DNA of 64,000 bases from Candidatus Woesearchaeota archaeon (GTDB lineage Archaea; Nanobdellota; Nanobdellia; Woesearchaeales; JAFGLG01): the NCBI GenBank assembly GCA_016928155.1, contig JAFGLG010000002.1:80412-144411 (forward strand), in the 5' to 3' direction. The notes beneath the pieces are model-generated. The model did not search any database and was not told where the DNA came from. It worked only from the letters and a program-made list of their open reading frames with translations. This document shows positions 19,593 to 29,500 of the stretch, piece by piece; position 1 is the first letter of the stretch; every line of letters begins with the position of its first letter. Both the position numbers and the translations under genes were made by a program.

Positions 19593-20831
19593 ATGCTAAA
19601 AATAAAAGATATTAAGTTCATAGAGCAGGATGGAAAAGTGAAAGTGACAGTGTATAACCTGTTCTACAAAGAATTCAACAAAGAAGAGCTGGATGAGATA
19701 GGTGATTACCAAATAAAAGAGAACAGGATAAGCATAGGAAATCTTGATGATGATGCAGCCTCGAAAAGATTCATGCGATTCTTCCGCAGGCATAAGACAG
19801 AACTTCAGTTTTCTCTGAATGGGAATAAAGCAGTATATGTCGATGAGGATCTTGGCTTGCCTTTGATTGGACTTAATTTCCTGGGCATTGTTGACAAGGG
19901 AAGCGAGATGATAGAGGTCAAGCCCATCACGAACTGCAATGCAGACTGCAGTTTTTGCTCAGTGAATGAAGGCTGTTCCTCCAATAAGCAAGCTGATTTT
20001 GTTGTTGATGTTGATTATCTGATTGCTGAGACTGTCAAGCTGCTTGAATTCAAGGGAACACCGGTGAGCATATGGATAAACCCCCACGGAGAGCCCACAC
20101 TATATGCAAAACTGGCGCTTTATTGCGATGAGATGCTCTCACATGAGCTTGTCTCTGATATACACATCGTGACAAATGGAGTATTGTTCAACTCTCCGCT
20201 GACAGACTGCTTATCTGACATTGCAGAGAGATACGGCAAAGAGATAAAGATCTCGGTTTCTATGTCAGGTGTCGGTGTGGAGAGACAGGAGAAGAGCAAG
20301 CATAACAAGAACGGCTTCATGACATCAAAACTGATGATGGGCTCTGGCTATAATATTGATGTGGTCCTCAAGAATCTCAATTATGCAAAGGAAAGGCTTC
20401 CGGTCATGATAACACCAGTATGGGTCAATGGGATGAATGATGACGACATCAAGAAACTTGCGCTGTTAGGCAAGAAACTCGGCCTTGAGGTGTCTATCCA
20501 GAAATTCTGCAAGAACAAACGCGGCAGGAATCCTGCTCCGGAGATCAGCTGGGATGAATTCTTTGAAAACATGAAAAAGCTTGAGGAGGAGACTGGAGTC
20601 AAGCTCTTGAAGCCTCTTGGCAAAATAAAGGAGACAAAAGAGCTCCCGATGGTCTGCAGGAAAGGTGATAAGGTGCAGGTGCAGGTCCTGTGCGGGGGGA
20701 GATATCTGAATGAGAGAATCGGTGCTCTTGATGGGAGAGCCATCTCTTTGATCGGATGTTCAAAAGACAAAGGGACAATTAAGGCAACAATACTGCAGGC
20801 AAAGCATAATCTCTATCTAGGGAAGTGCTAG
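19593..20831 (+). CDS. radical SAM protein with a C-terminal TRAM-like domain
   Basis: CNADCSFC (CxxxCxxC); C-terminal beta-barrel-like MVCRKGDKVQVQVLCGG. Confidence 0.75.
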   Translation: MLKIKDIKFIEQDGKVKVTVYNLFYKEFNKEELDEIGDYQIKENRISIGNLDDDAASKRFMRFFRRHKTELQFSLNGNKAVYVDEDLGLPLIGLNFLGIVDKGSEMIEVKPITNCNADCSFCSVNEGCSSNKQADFVVDVDYLIAETVKLLEFKGTPVSIWINPHGEPTLYAKLALYCDEMLSHELVSDIHIVTNGVLFNSPLTDCLSDIAERYGKEIKISVSMSGVGVERQEKSKHNKNGFMTSKLMMGSGYNIDVVLKNLNYAKERLPVMITPVWVNGMNDDDIKKLALLGKKLGLEVSIQKFCKNKRGRNPAPEISWDEFFENMKKLEEETGVKLLKPLGKIKETKELPMVCRKGDKVQVQVLCGGRYLNERIGALDGRAISLIGCSKDKGTIKATILQAKHNLYLGKC

Positions 20832-22597
20832 ACACCCCATAAAGGGTTTGATTTCCTCATGATATCAGCAATCTCTTTGAGAAGCGCTATCTCAGCGGGC
20901 TTCAGGAGCGATTTGAGGTCCTTCAGCTTCCTGAAATCCTCCTCTGGGATGAAAGAATAAAGTATATCTCGTTCATTTATCTGCCTTCCCACTGTGACGC
21001 CTTCATAGGCGACTGCGACCTGCTTGCCCCTGTCAGCAGAAGAGATTGTCTTGGATTCTAATTGCAGTGATTTTATTGTTGTGAATGGCTTTCCATCAGG
21101 CTTCATCAATTGCATGCCTGACTTCACAGTGCCTTCAGTGACTTCAGTGCCGACAATCGCAGGATTGTTCTGGCGGAACACATAACCTGCCATCAGCATC
21201 AGCTTGCAAGGCCTGACAAGACCTTCAAGCTGAGACTTCTCCATGGCACCTGACCTCTCCTGCTTCCACTTCTCATAATCCTCAAGCAGACGATAGATGA
21301 CATCATTCAGCAATATCTTACAATGATCAGTCTCCTTGACATCAAGGTCCATGCAGATATTGAAACCAAGAATCACTGCAGTGAGGGGATCCTCCTCAAA
21401 ATTCGATTCTGCCTCAGAGACATCCTTCTTGGATATATGGCCGATAGCAGCTTTCCTTATAGGGATGCCTTTCTCCTTGAGCAGATGATGCATAGCCTCA
21501 AGGCTGCCGAGAGTATCAGCCTTGATGATGATGCCATTCTTCTCAGTGCTCAACAAAGCCTCATCAACCTCCTGCCTGATATCCTCCTTGACCCTGTCAA
21601 CATCCTCAGGATTGCAGGAGACAATCGGCATGCCAGAGATCGCAGCCTCTATATTAGGCGCAGAAATCTTCACACCGATAGCTGCGCTCACTGATTTCAC
21701 AGGAGAGAACTTCGACTTCCTGTCGCGCATCTCAGCAAGAGGTGCTGGCTGGAAAAGAGCCCTGACTTTCGTCACAATGGGCTCTCCAAGAGTCCCTATG
21801 ACAATAGTGTCATTGACCTTCAGAGCACCATCATATATTATGACATCAAGAGTCTTGCCCATGCCCTTTGACTCCTTGACTTCCATTATTGTGCCTTTTG
21901 CAGCGCCATCCACATCAATCTTCAGGGATTTCTCAAGGTATCTCTGGGCCAACCCTGCAATGACCATCAACAATTCAGGGATACCAGAACCGGTCTTGGC
22001 AGAGCAAGGGACAATCGCAATCTGGGAAGTGTAATCCTCGACGCGATCAAAGCGTTCAGAATTCATGCCGAACCTCTCATTGATCTGGCCGACAAGCTCA
22101 TACAGCTTGGTATCTACCTTTGTCCTGGCATCATCAGACTGCTGGGCAATCTGAGCCAGGAGAGGACCTTCATATGACCTCCACCCAGGCACGAGATCAA
22201 TCTTATTTGCGGCAATTATGAAAGGGGTCTTTGAAGCCCTGAGAATCTCAATGGCCTCAACTGTCTGGGGCTTGAAACCCTCATTCATGTCAATCACGAC
22301 AATCGCGATGTCTGACAATGAACCGCCACGCTTCCTCAGTGTGGTGAATGCAGCATGACCAGGTGTGTCGATGAACAGCAGGCCCTGGATCGTGAAATCC
22401 ATCTTCAAGGCCTTGAGAAGAGAACCGCACTTCTGCCTTATGACATCCAAAGGTATTATGGATGCACCAATGGATTGGGTGATCTTACCAGCCTCTGCAT
22501 CAACAATACAGGAACCTCTAACCTTATCAAGTATTGAAGACTTTCCATGGTCCACATGCCCCAAAAATGCACAAATAGGGCTTCTGATGACTGCCAT
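20828..22597 (-). CDS. infB: translation initiation factor aIF5B (IF2 homolog)
   Basis: GHVDHGKSS (G1), DTPGH (G3), NKID (G4); archaeal aIF5B length and domain order. Confidence 0.95.
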   Translation of the reverse strand: MAVIRSPICAFLGHVDHGKSSILDKVRGSCIVDAEAGKITQSIGASIIPLDVIRQKCGSLLKALKMDFTIQGLLFIDTPGHAAFTTLRKRGGSLSDIAIVVIDMNEGFKPQTVEAIEILRASKTPFIIAANKIDLVPGWRSYEGPLLAQIAQQSDDARTKVDTKLYELVGQINERFGMNSERFDRVEDYTSQIAIVPCSAKTGSGIPELLMVIAGLAQRYLEKSLKIDVDGAAKGTIMEVKESKGMGKTLDVIIYDGALKVNDTIVIGTLGEPIVTKVRALFQPAPLAEMRDRKSKFSPVKSVSAAIGVKISAPNIEAAISGMPIVSCNPEDVDRVKEDIRQEVDEALLSTEKNGIIIKADTLGSLEAMHHLLKEKGIPIRKAAIGHISKKDVSEAESNFEEDPLTAVILGFNICMDLDVKETDHCKILLNDVIYRLLEDYEKWKQERSGAMEKSQLEGLVRPCKLMLMAGYVFRQNNPAIVGTEVTEGTVKSGMQLMKPDGKPFTTIKSLQLESKTISSADRGKQVAVAYEGVTVGRQINERDILYSFIPEEDFRKLKDLKSLLKPAEIALLKEIADIMRKSNPLWGV

Positions 22598-22643
22598 GAG
22601 ACAGAAAAATAAGAAAGACCTTTTTAAAGGTAGCGAAATATCA

Positions 22644-23330
22644 TCATCCCTTATTAAAAAGCTTCGGATTCACCTTCGCAAACTTCTCCAGGAGCAGATT
22701 GAAGCCTTTGAGATGACCTGACTTCACATAAAAATAGCCCGCTGTCGAAACCACCAGGGCGCCGCAGGCATCGATGATCAGGTCCCACATGGTGTCAACA
22801 AGGCCGGACTTCTGCATATTAAACCCGAGAGTCGAGTCGACAGTGAACTCGACAATCTCCCAAAGAGCACCGATGCTTAGAGCGAAAGAGAAAGAAAACA
22901 ATGCTACAAAGAATGGGTCTAATATAATCTTCCTGGAGATGTACAAGGAATAAACTATCATGAAACCCAGGAAAGCAAGCACAATTGCAGATGAGCAGTG
23001 GAGGACCAGGTCCCACCACCAGAACTTCGTATAATAACCATGGACCTCTCCGAGGAATATCGAAGAGAAAAGGAATATGATGACAACCAGCTCAAGCTCA
23101 ATGGGCAGGGTTATGTAATAATTCCTCTTGATAAGAGCAGGCAGGAAAGTCAGGACAAAAGTGGAGAAAGAGAGAAAAAGAGTGAACCATTCCCTCTGCC
23201 AGACAGAACTGACAACTGCAACAACCAATATCATCCTTATGATGGTGGTCACAAGGAATGCAGTCCTGACATAAAGCCTGTCAGCTTTAGGAAGCCGGGG
23301 AAATCTTAAAAATCCTATCATCAGAATCAT
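22644..23330 (-). CDS. polytopic membrane protein, function unknown
   Basis: 6-7 predicted TM helices; no motif recognised. Confidence 0.5.
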   Translation of the reverse strand: MILMIGFLRFPRLPKADRLYVRTAFLVTTIIRMILVVAVVSSVWQREWFTLFLSFSTFVLTFLPALIKRNYYITLPIELELVVIIFLFSSIFLGEVHGYYTKFWWWDLVLHCSSAIVLAFLGFMIVYSLYISRKIILDPFFVALFSFSFALSIGALWEIVEFTVDSTLGFNMQKSGLVDTMWDLIIDACGALVVSTAGYFYVKSGHLKGFNLLLEKFAKVNPKLFNKG

Positions 23331-23357
23331 AATCCAGAATCAATTTATATATTTTGT

Positions 23358-23383
23358 CAAGAAAAAAGAGCAAAAAAAAATTA
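23358..23383 (-). terminator. T9 ... T6 tract immediately 3' of the 878-aa gene stop (minus strand)
   Basis: Plus-strand GAAAAAAGAGCAAAAAAAAATT reads as oligo-T on the coding strand. Confidence 0.45.
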
Positions 23384-26020
23384 TTACTTCTTCTTGCCTG
23401 GCTTCTCATCCTCAGGTGTCTTCAGGGACAGATAACCGACAACAGCTATGACAAGCACACCAAGGACCACAAGCAATGCAGTGATCTTCCTGGAAGCTGA
23501 GTCATCGATCTCCTCGACAACCTGAACATCCTCGACCTGAGGCTCTGGTTCAGCTACGGGCTCTGGAGCCGGAGCAGGGGCTTTCTTCCCTGCAATGGCG
23601 AACTCTGAGAGACCAGGAGCATCAGCCCAGAACATAGTGTAATCTGAGTTGCTTCCCTGAGATTGGGTCTCGAGCTCTGTCCAAGAGTCTGTATACCTAT
23701 AAAGCCTTATGTCCTCAGCCTTGAAGCCATTCTGCTGCATCCAGGCATTGTCCACCCTGAACCTGAACCTTGCTCCCTGTACGGCGGAGTCATCAAGATT
23801 CTCGTGCTCAACAATAAGATACCTGTAGACATTGCCTAATTCTGAGGCTTTCAATGGCTTGGCAGGAACACCTACAACCATATCAACCCTCTGGCTGGCC
23901 TTCTGGACCGAGACCTCGAGCTGAGTGACAGGAATGTCTGCCTTGTCGATGCTCATAGTAAGGAGGGACGGCGCACTGACCTCAGGATAATAGTGCTTTG
24001 CATTCGGATAGGTTGGCAGGAAATCTGTCTTAGGCCCTGTCCATCCTCCCTTCATGACCAAAGGAGATCCCCCTTTCATGACCAAAGGCGAACTGCCGCC
24101 TGATGAACATTTCTTGTCAGCACCATTGCAGTCCTCGTCAATGCCATTCCCGCAGATCTCATTCTGAGGCATCACGGCATCGCAGTCATTGTTCCATGCG
24201 CCTGCTGTGCAGGTCTGAGTGCCGAGAGTGCAGATGCCTATGTTGCCGACTCCGCAGTCCCTTGTGGCTGTTGATCCTACCGAGGCATTATCATCGTCGC
24301 AATCTGAAGCCAATACCAGACCATCCTGATCAAGGTCATCGTCCAATGTCGCAGGATTGCAGTCATCATCCAAACCATTGTATGGAGTCTCTGACTTCCC
24401 TGGATTTATGTTCGGATTGTCATCGTTGCAGTCAATGAGCACAGGCTCGCAGAATCCTGGAACAAATTGGTCATAACCATCACTGTCCCTATCGCATTCT
24501 GTATCCGATGTTGCAGGATTGCAGTCATCGTCAATGCCGTTGAAAGGGATCTCTGCTGCTCCTGGATTTACATCCGGATCTGTGTCATCGCAATCATAGA
24601 CGCTCAGACCAGAGCATGCAGCTTCAGGGACATAATTATCGCCATCAGCATCAAAGCCCTCATCAGTCTGGCCGTCGCAATCATTGTCCTTGCCGTCGCA
24701 GACGGACTCATCAGCCTGATAATCAACGCTGTGGGCTGCATAAGTGGCCTGTGTGCAGGCATCCCACTCACCATCTGTGCAAACATCCTTGACAGATCCT
24801 GCGCAGACACCGACCTGGTTGTCGCAAAGAGGAGCGACATCGCAGGAATTCACGACAGTGAACTGGACTGGATCGCTTGTTGTCTTGTATATGGATTGGG
24901 CTGAATCAGCAATCTCAACCCTGTACGAAACAACATCCTGAGGCAGGAACTTGCCGATATTTGCTGTGAAGTCAAACATGCTCTTTGTCATTGCCACAAC
25001 CTGCTGTGCACCGCCATTTACTGTGTACTTGACCACGCCAGACAGGGTGTCATGATAGCCGAAAGCAGATGCTCCGACAATCACATCATCATTATGGCCT
25101 GGCTCCAGAGGTGTGTGGGAAACTGAATTTATTATGGGCTTGAAGTGGCCATAAGCAAAGAATGCAGATACAGTCTTTGACTCAGAGCTTCCTGTCACAG
25201 TGGCCTGAAGCCTGAATTTACCTGCAGGCGTATCAGGTGTATCCTTCACCCAAATAGTTGCAGTGCAGTCAGGCTGGACAAGACCATTGATCTCCCAGCC
25301 TGTCCCTCTGGTAACTTCAGCACCGCTCGGATTGAAAAGCTTCAGTGCACAGGAAACCAAACCACCCTCATCTTCCCTAGCATCGCTTGCAATATTTATA
25401 TTCTGGGCAGGATCTGAACATGCAGGACCTGGCCAGCAAGTAGCTGGATCCACAGAATAATCATTCAATGTAAGCTGTGTGAAAAAAAGACCTGCCGGCG
25501 GATCATCACTGTCAGGAGTAGAAGGATCGCAATCATCATCCTTGCCGTTACCCATTATCTCGGTCTCACCCGGATTGACATCCGGATCATTGTCATTGCA
25601 GTCATCGCCACCATAAGCGACTGCATCATATCCGTCGCTGTCAGCATCAGTTATCTGGCCTGTGTTGATGGTGAAAGTGACGCTGTCACATGCATCTGGG
25701 TACTGGTCAAGAGTGCAGTAATTGGTGCCGCCTGATGAAGCCATCCAGACATTAACTGTGTGCTGACCATCAGCAAATGTCCCGGGAAAAACATATGTCT
25801 CAGTCAAACCATCAGCAAATGGTGTGGCTAGAAATACAGACGGATTACCATCCATCTGCACATACACCCGCGGAACATTGAAATCTCCTGTAAACTGGAT
25901 TGTGACAGTATCGATATCAAGAACCTCTCCCTGAGCAGGTGAGTCTATCGTGATGACAGCACCCAAGGCTGAGAAGCTCATGATTAACAATACACACAAA
26001 AACAATGCTAGTTTCCTCAT
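23384..26020 (-). CDS. giant secreted surface protein with many Asp/Cys-rich MopE-like putative metal-binding repeats and a C-terminal TM anchor
   Basis: Signal peptide; repeated DxDGDGxxxxDCDDxDPxxNPGAxExPxNGxDDDCN modules (at least 6); Pro/Glu-rich linker, TM helix, KKK tail; internal tandem 27-nt duplication encoding GGSPLVMKGG x2. Confidence 0.8.
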   Translation of the reverse strand: MRKLALFLCVLLIMSFSALGAVITIDSPAQGEVLDIDTVTIQFTGDFNVPRVYVQMDGNPSVFLATPFADGLTETYVFPGTFADGQHTVNVWMASSGGTNYCTLDQYPDACDSVTFTINTGQITDADSDGYDAVAYGGDDCNDNDPDVNPGETEIMGNGKDDDCDPSTPDSDDPPAGLFFTQLTLNDYSVDPATCWPGPACSDPAQNINIASDAREDEGGLVSCALKLFNPSGAEVTRGTGWEINGLVQPDCTATIWVKDTPDTPAGKFRLQATVTGSSESKTVSAFFAYGHFKPIINSVSHTPLEPGHNDDVIVGASAFGYHDTLSGVVKYTVNGGAQQVVAMTKSMFDFTANIGKFLPQDVVSYRVEIADSAQSIYKTTSDPVQFTVVNSCDVAPLCDNQVGVCAGSVKDVCTDGEWDACTQATYAAHSVDYQADESVCDGKDNDCDGQTDEGFDADGDNYVPEAACSGLSVYDCDDTDPDVNPGAAEIPFNGIDDDCNPATSDTECDRDSDGYDQFVPGFCEPVLIDCNDDNPNINPGKSETPYNGLDDDCNPATLDDDLDQDGLVLASDCDDDNASVGSTATRDCGVGNIGICTLGTQTCTAGAWNNDCDAVMPQNEICGNGIDEDCNGADKKCSSGGSSPLVMKGGSPLVMKGGWTGPKTDFLPTYPNAKHYYPEVSAPSLLTMSIDKADIPVTQLEVSVQKASQRVDMVVGVPAKPLKASELGNVYRYLIVEHENLDDSAVQGARFRFRVDNAWMQQNGFKAEDIRLYRYTDSWTELETQSQGSNSDYTMFWADAPGLSEFAIAGKKAPAPAPEPVAEPEPQVEDVQVVEEIDDSASRKITALLVVLGVLVIAVVGYLSLKTPEDEKPGKKK
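24045..24097. repeat. 27-nt tandem duplication inside the CDS (encodes GGSPLVMKGG-SPLVMKGG)
   Basis: CCCTTCATGACCAAAGGAGATCC / CCCTTTCATGACCAAAGGCGAAC read directly. Confidence 0.6.
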
Positions 26021-26320
26021 TTTCTACCCCCCAAAATCCCCCTAAAAGGGCCATATTGATTATTATTAAATAGTATCTCGATGGCTTTACTTGCTCATAA
26101 TAAAGCACGTTGAGTACTAGTGAGGAAGGAATAAGTTGGCATATATAAAGATTGTTGAATTACAGGCTAGAAAGCCAAAATTCTGGGGTTTTACCACTTG
26201 TTAGGGAATATGAATTTTTCAAAACTTGACAAGCCATGATAACCCTGAAATCTGACTCCTAAAAGGAAATCAAGAAAAATATACATTAATATTAAATATT
26301 AGTGTATACTTTTTTGTGGC

Positions 26321-26530
26321 ATGAAAATTGAGAAAGTCATCAAAGAAATCCAACAGATACTTGCAAAAGATACCAGAGGATTGACAATCCAAGAACTTTC
26401 TGAGATAACCAAAGTGTCAAGGATAACAACATCCATGGCACTGATGAAGCTAGAAGGGGCAGAAACCATAGTTGTCCGCCCAGTCGGAAACTGCAAACTC
26501 CACTATCTAAAGGAGAAATACCCGAAATGA
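26321..26530 (+). CDS. small winged-helix DNA-binding protein (69 aa)
   Basis: LTIQELSEITKVSRITTSMALMKLEGAETIVVRP; 4-nt overlap with the next giant gene. Confidence 0.6.
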   Translation: MKIEKVIKEIQQILAKDTRGLTIQELSEITKVSRITTSMALMKLEGAETIVVRPVGNCKLHYLKEKYPK

Positions 26531-29500
26531 GCAGAAAAAAAATCATGGAAATTGCATTATTTATTATAATAATACACTTAATAATATATTCATCTGCAGC
26601 ATTGCACCCTAATGATTACTGGACAGAATCAAACAATGGCATTGTGAGCTGGAATGTGAGAAGCATAGCAGTTGACCATCAGAATTCTTCAATAATATAT
26701 GCATTGACACAGGCCAATGGAGTATATAAATCAGTGGATGGAGGAGAGACATGGAACCCAAAAACAAATGGGATCCCCGCTGATCCGAGCGTCACATGGG
26801 GCCACCTGTTCGGCAACCAGCTGACAATGGATCCGAGCAACAGCTCGATATTATACACGAACTTCGGAGGCATGCCTTTCAGGACAGCAGATGGAGGAGA
26901 GAGCTGGCAGAACATCACAGAAGGGATAGACACATGCCTGCCGCAGCATGCAATAGCTGGTGTTGCAGTGGATCCACAGAACAGCAGCCACATATTCGCA
27001 GCATTCACAGTATCAAGCTGTCCGGGGGGGATATATGAATCAGATGACAGCGGTGCGACATGGACACATATCGCGTCATATTCTGGATCAGGGGACCTCA
27101 ACAATGATGCATGGGCATTGACTGTTGATCCTACAAACAGCTCAAGATTATACAGCGCACCGCAATACCTGGGATTCCTGTACTCGACCGATGGAGGGCA
27201 TCACTGGACAAGGAATTCTCCAACAGGAGCAACATTGATACCTGGAATGGAAGTCGAGGTGCATCCAGAGAATACAAGCAGAATAATTTTGGGACAGGAC
27301 ACAGGCCTCTATGTATCACAAGATCATGGCATCAGCTGGACAGATAAGACTGATGTCATGGGCGGAGCAGTCTATGACATCGACTTTGCACCATCAGACC
27401 CCAGCATAGGATATGCAGTCGGTATGGGTGGAATAGCAAAATCAACAGATGGAGGTCTCAGCTGGTCAAAGATGAATGATGATGAAAGCCTTTCACTGAG
27501 AAGCGTCGCAATCGATCCAGATGACCCAGAAAGGATATACCTCGCTGACCTTGGAAAGGGAGTATTCATGTCGACAAATTCAGGAGAAGACATCGAGCAG
27601 AAGAATTCCGGGCTGCCAATCTCACGCGATATAAGAGCAACAGCGATAGCGCCTAGCGACCCGACAATATATTACATATCTGTGATCGGGAATGGATTCT
27701 ACAGGAGTGAGGACAAAGGGGAGAGCTGGACACTCATGAGCGTGCATGGAGATGTGATAAACACAATCGACATAGAAGTTGACAACAATGACCCAGAAAT
27801 CGTATTTGCAGGAATCACTAACATATACAAATCGACTGACGGTGGCATCACATGGAATGAAACACTTGAATCTGGAGATGATACAATAACAGACATTCAA
27901 ATGGACCCAAATGACAATTCCATCATATTTGCCACGAGCTCAAGATGGCCCTCTTCATCCTTGATATATAAATCAGAAGACAATGGGGATACATGGGGGA
28001 CAAAAACCGGATTCAGCCTTGTAACAAGAAGCGTTACACCGATAGTCATAGATGAGAGCAACAGCTCAAGGATATATGTAGGGACATACAATGGTCTCCG
28101 CAGAAGCATGGATGGGGGAGAGACATGGAGCCTGATAACCAACGGACTAACAGGCTATGGAACATGGATAGATGGAATTGGGATATACCCTGAAAATCCA
28201 AGCAGGCTATACCTCACTGCAAGAGACCATAACCTCCATTATTCAGATGATTATGGAAGCAGCTGGGCCACAAAAACCAATACTGCATCCTACCCCGGCA
28301 GGATAATAATCGATTGGCATAACCCTGATGATTTCTATGTCTTCACGCTCTATTCCTGGATGAAGTTCCTTGCAAATGCATCATCAAAAATATATATGCC
28401 CACAACAGGAATCAAAGGTGATGCCAAACGCTTCAGGGAATCTGCACTGCAAGACCCATTGAACCCGAACAGATTCATAAGCGGAGACTTCAACCAGGGA
28501 TTCATGGTATACAATAGGTATGAAGACAGAAAAGTCTCATATATGCTCCCAAAAAGGGTGATCCAGAACCATACACTCTATATCTCAGGGACAGTTGAGG
28601 ACAAACTGGATGGTGATGTGGACCTGATGGTCAATGACAGCGGGACAATCCTGCTCAACAAAACTGTTCCTGCTGAAAACGGTCACTTCGAATATCAATT
28701 CCTTGTCAATGCCAGTATCCCTATAGGGCAGAAGAAAATAACGTTCTATTTCCACAATCTCAGCGCAGGAGCCGACGGGTATAATGAGGCATATTTCACA
28801 GTGGATGATCTCAACATCCCCACCAATCACATGCCGCAGACATCTGGCTTCAACATGAGCTATGACTATACCTTAGACTGGGTGCGAGCAGGAGATTTCA
28901 ATTATTATGATGAAGACGATGATGAAGAAACTGGCTCCATAAAGGATATCTACATAAACAATGCGTTCCTGAAATCAGAGAGCTCCAGCCAGACTGCACT
29001 CATCCACTTTGATGGGAGCCCGAATACAACAGAAAACGACCCTTATGACTACAATGTGGATGGAGAATTTGATTATGCAACAGGAAAATTCGGACAGGCC
29101 ATCCATTTCGGAAACTACAGCTGGGTCAACTATGACTCCAGAGATGTCATGGATCTCCATCAAGGAACCATCGAGTTCTGGGTGAATACAGACTGGGATT
29201 GGGACAACCTGACAGAAGATGTATGGTTCATATGGTTCTCAGGATACTACGGGGACTATATCTATCTCCTGTGCAATGCAACAACAGACACCTTGGACTA
29301 TATCCTATATTCCAACAGCACAAAAAGTAACATCAGCATAGACACGTCAGACTGGACCAAAGACGAATGGCACCATATCGCAATCACATATAACCTATCC
29401 GGCAGCCATGAAAATAATTCCATGGAGATATTTGCAGACGAGAGATACAGTTCAGAATCAGGCATATACCCTATCAGGACAATAGGATTATATGACGCGA

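Noticed and set aside
24103-24904. Several 65-145-aa ORFs on the plus strand inside the 878-aa surface-protein gene
   Set aside because: They are antisense products of the GAT/GAC/TGC-rich repeat region. Their Cys/Arg/His-rich translations are artefacts.
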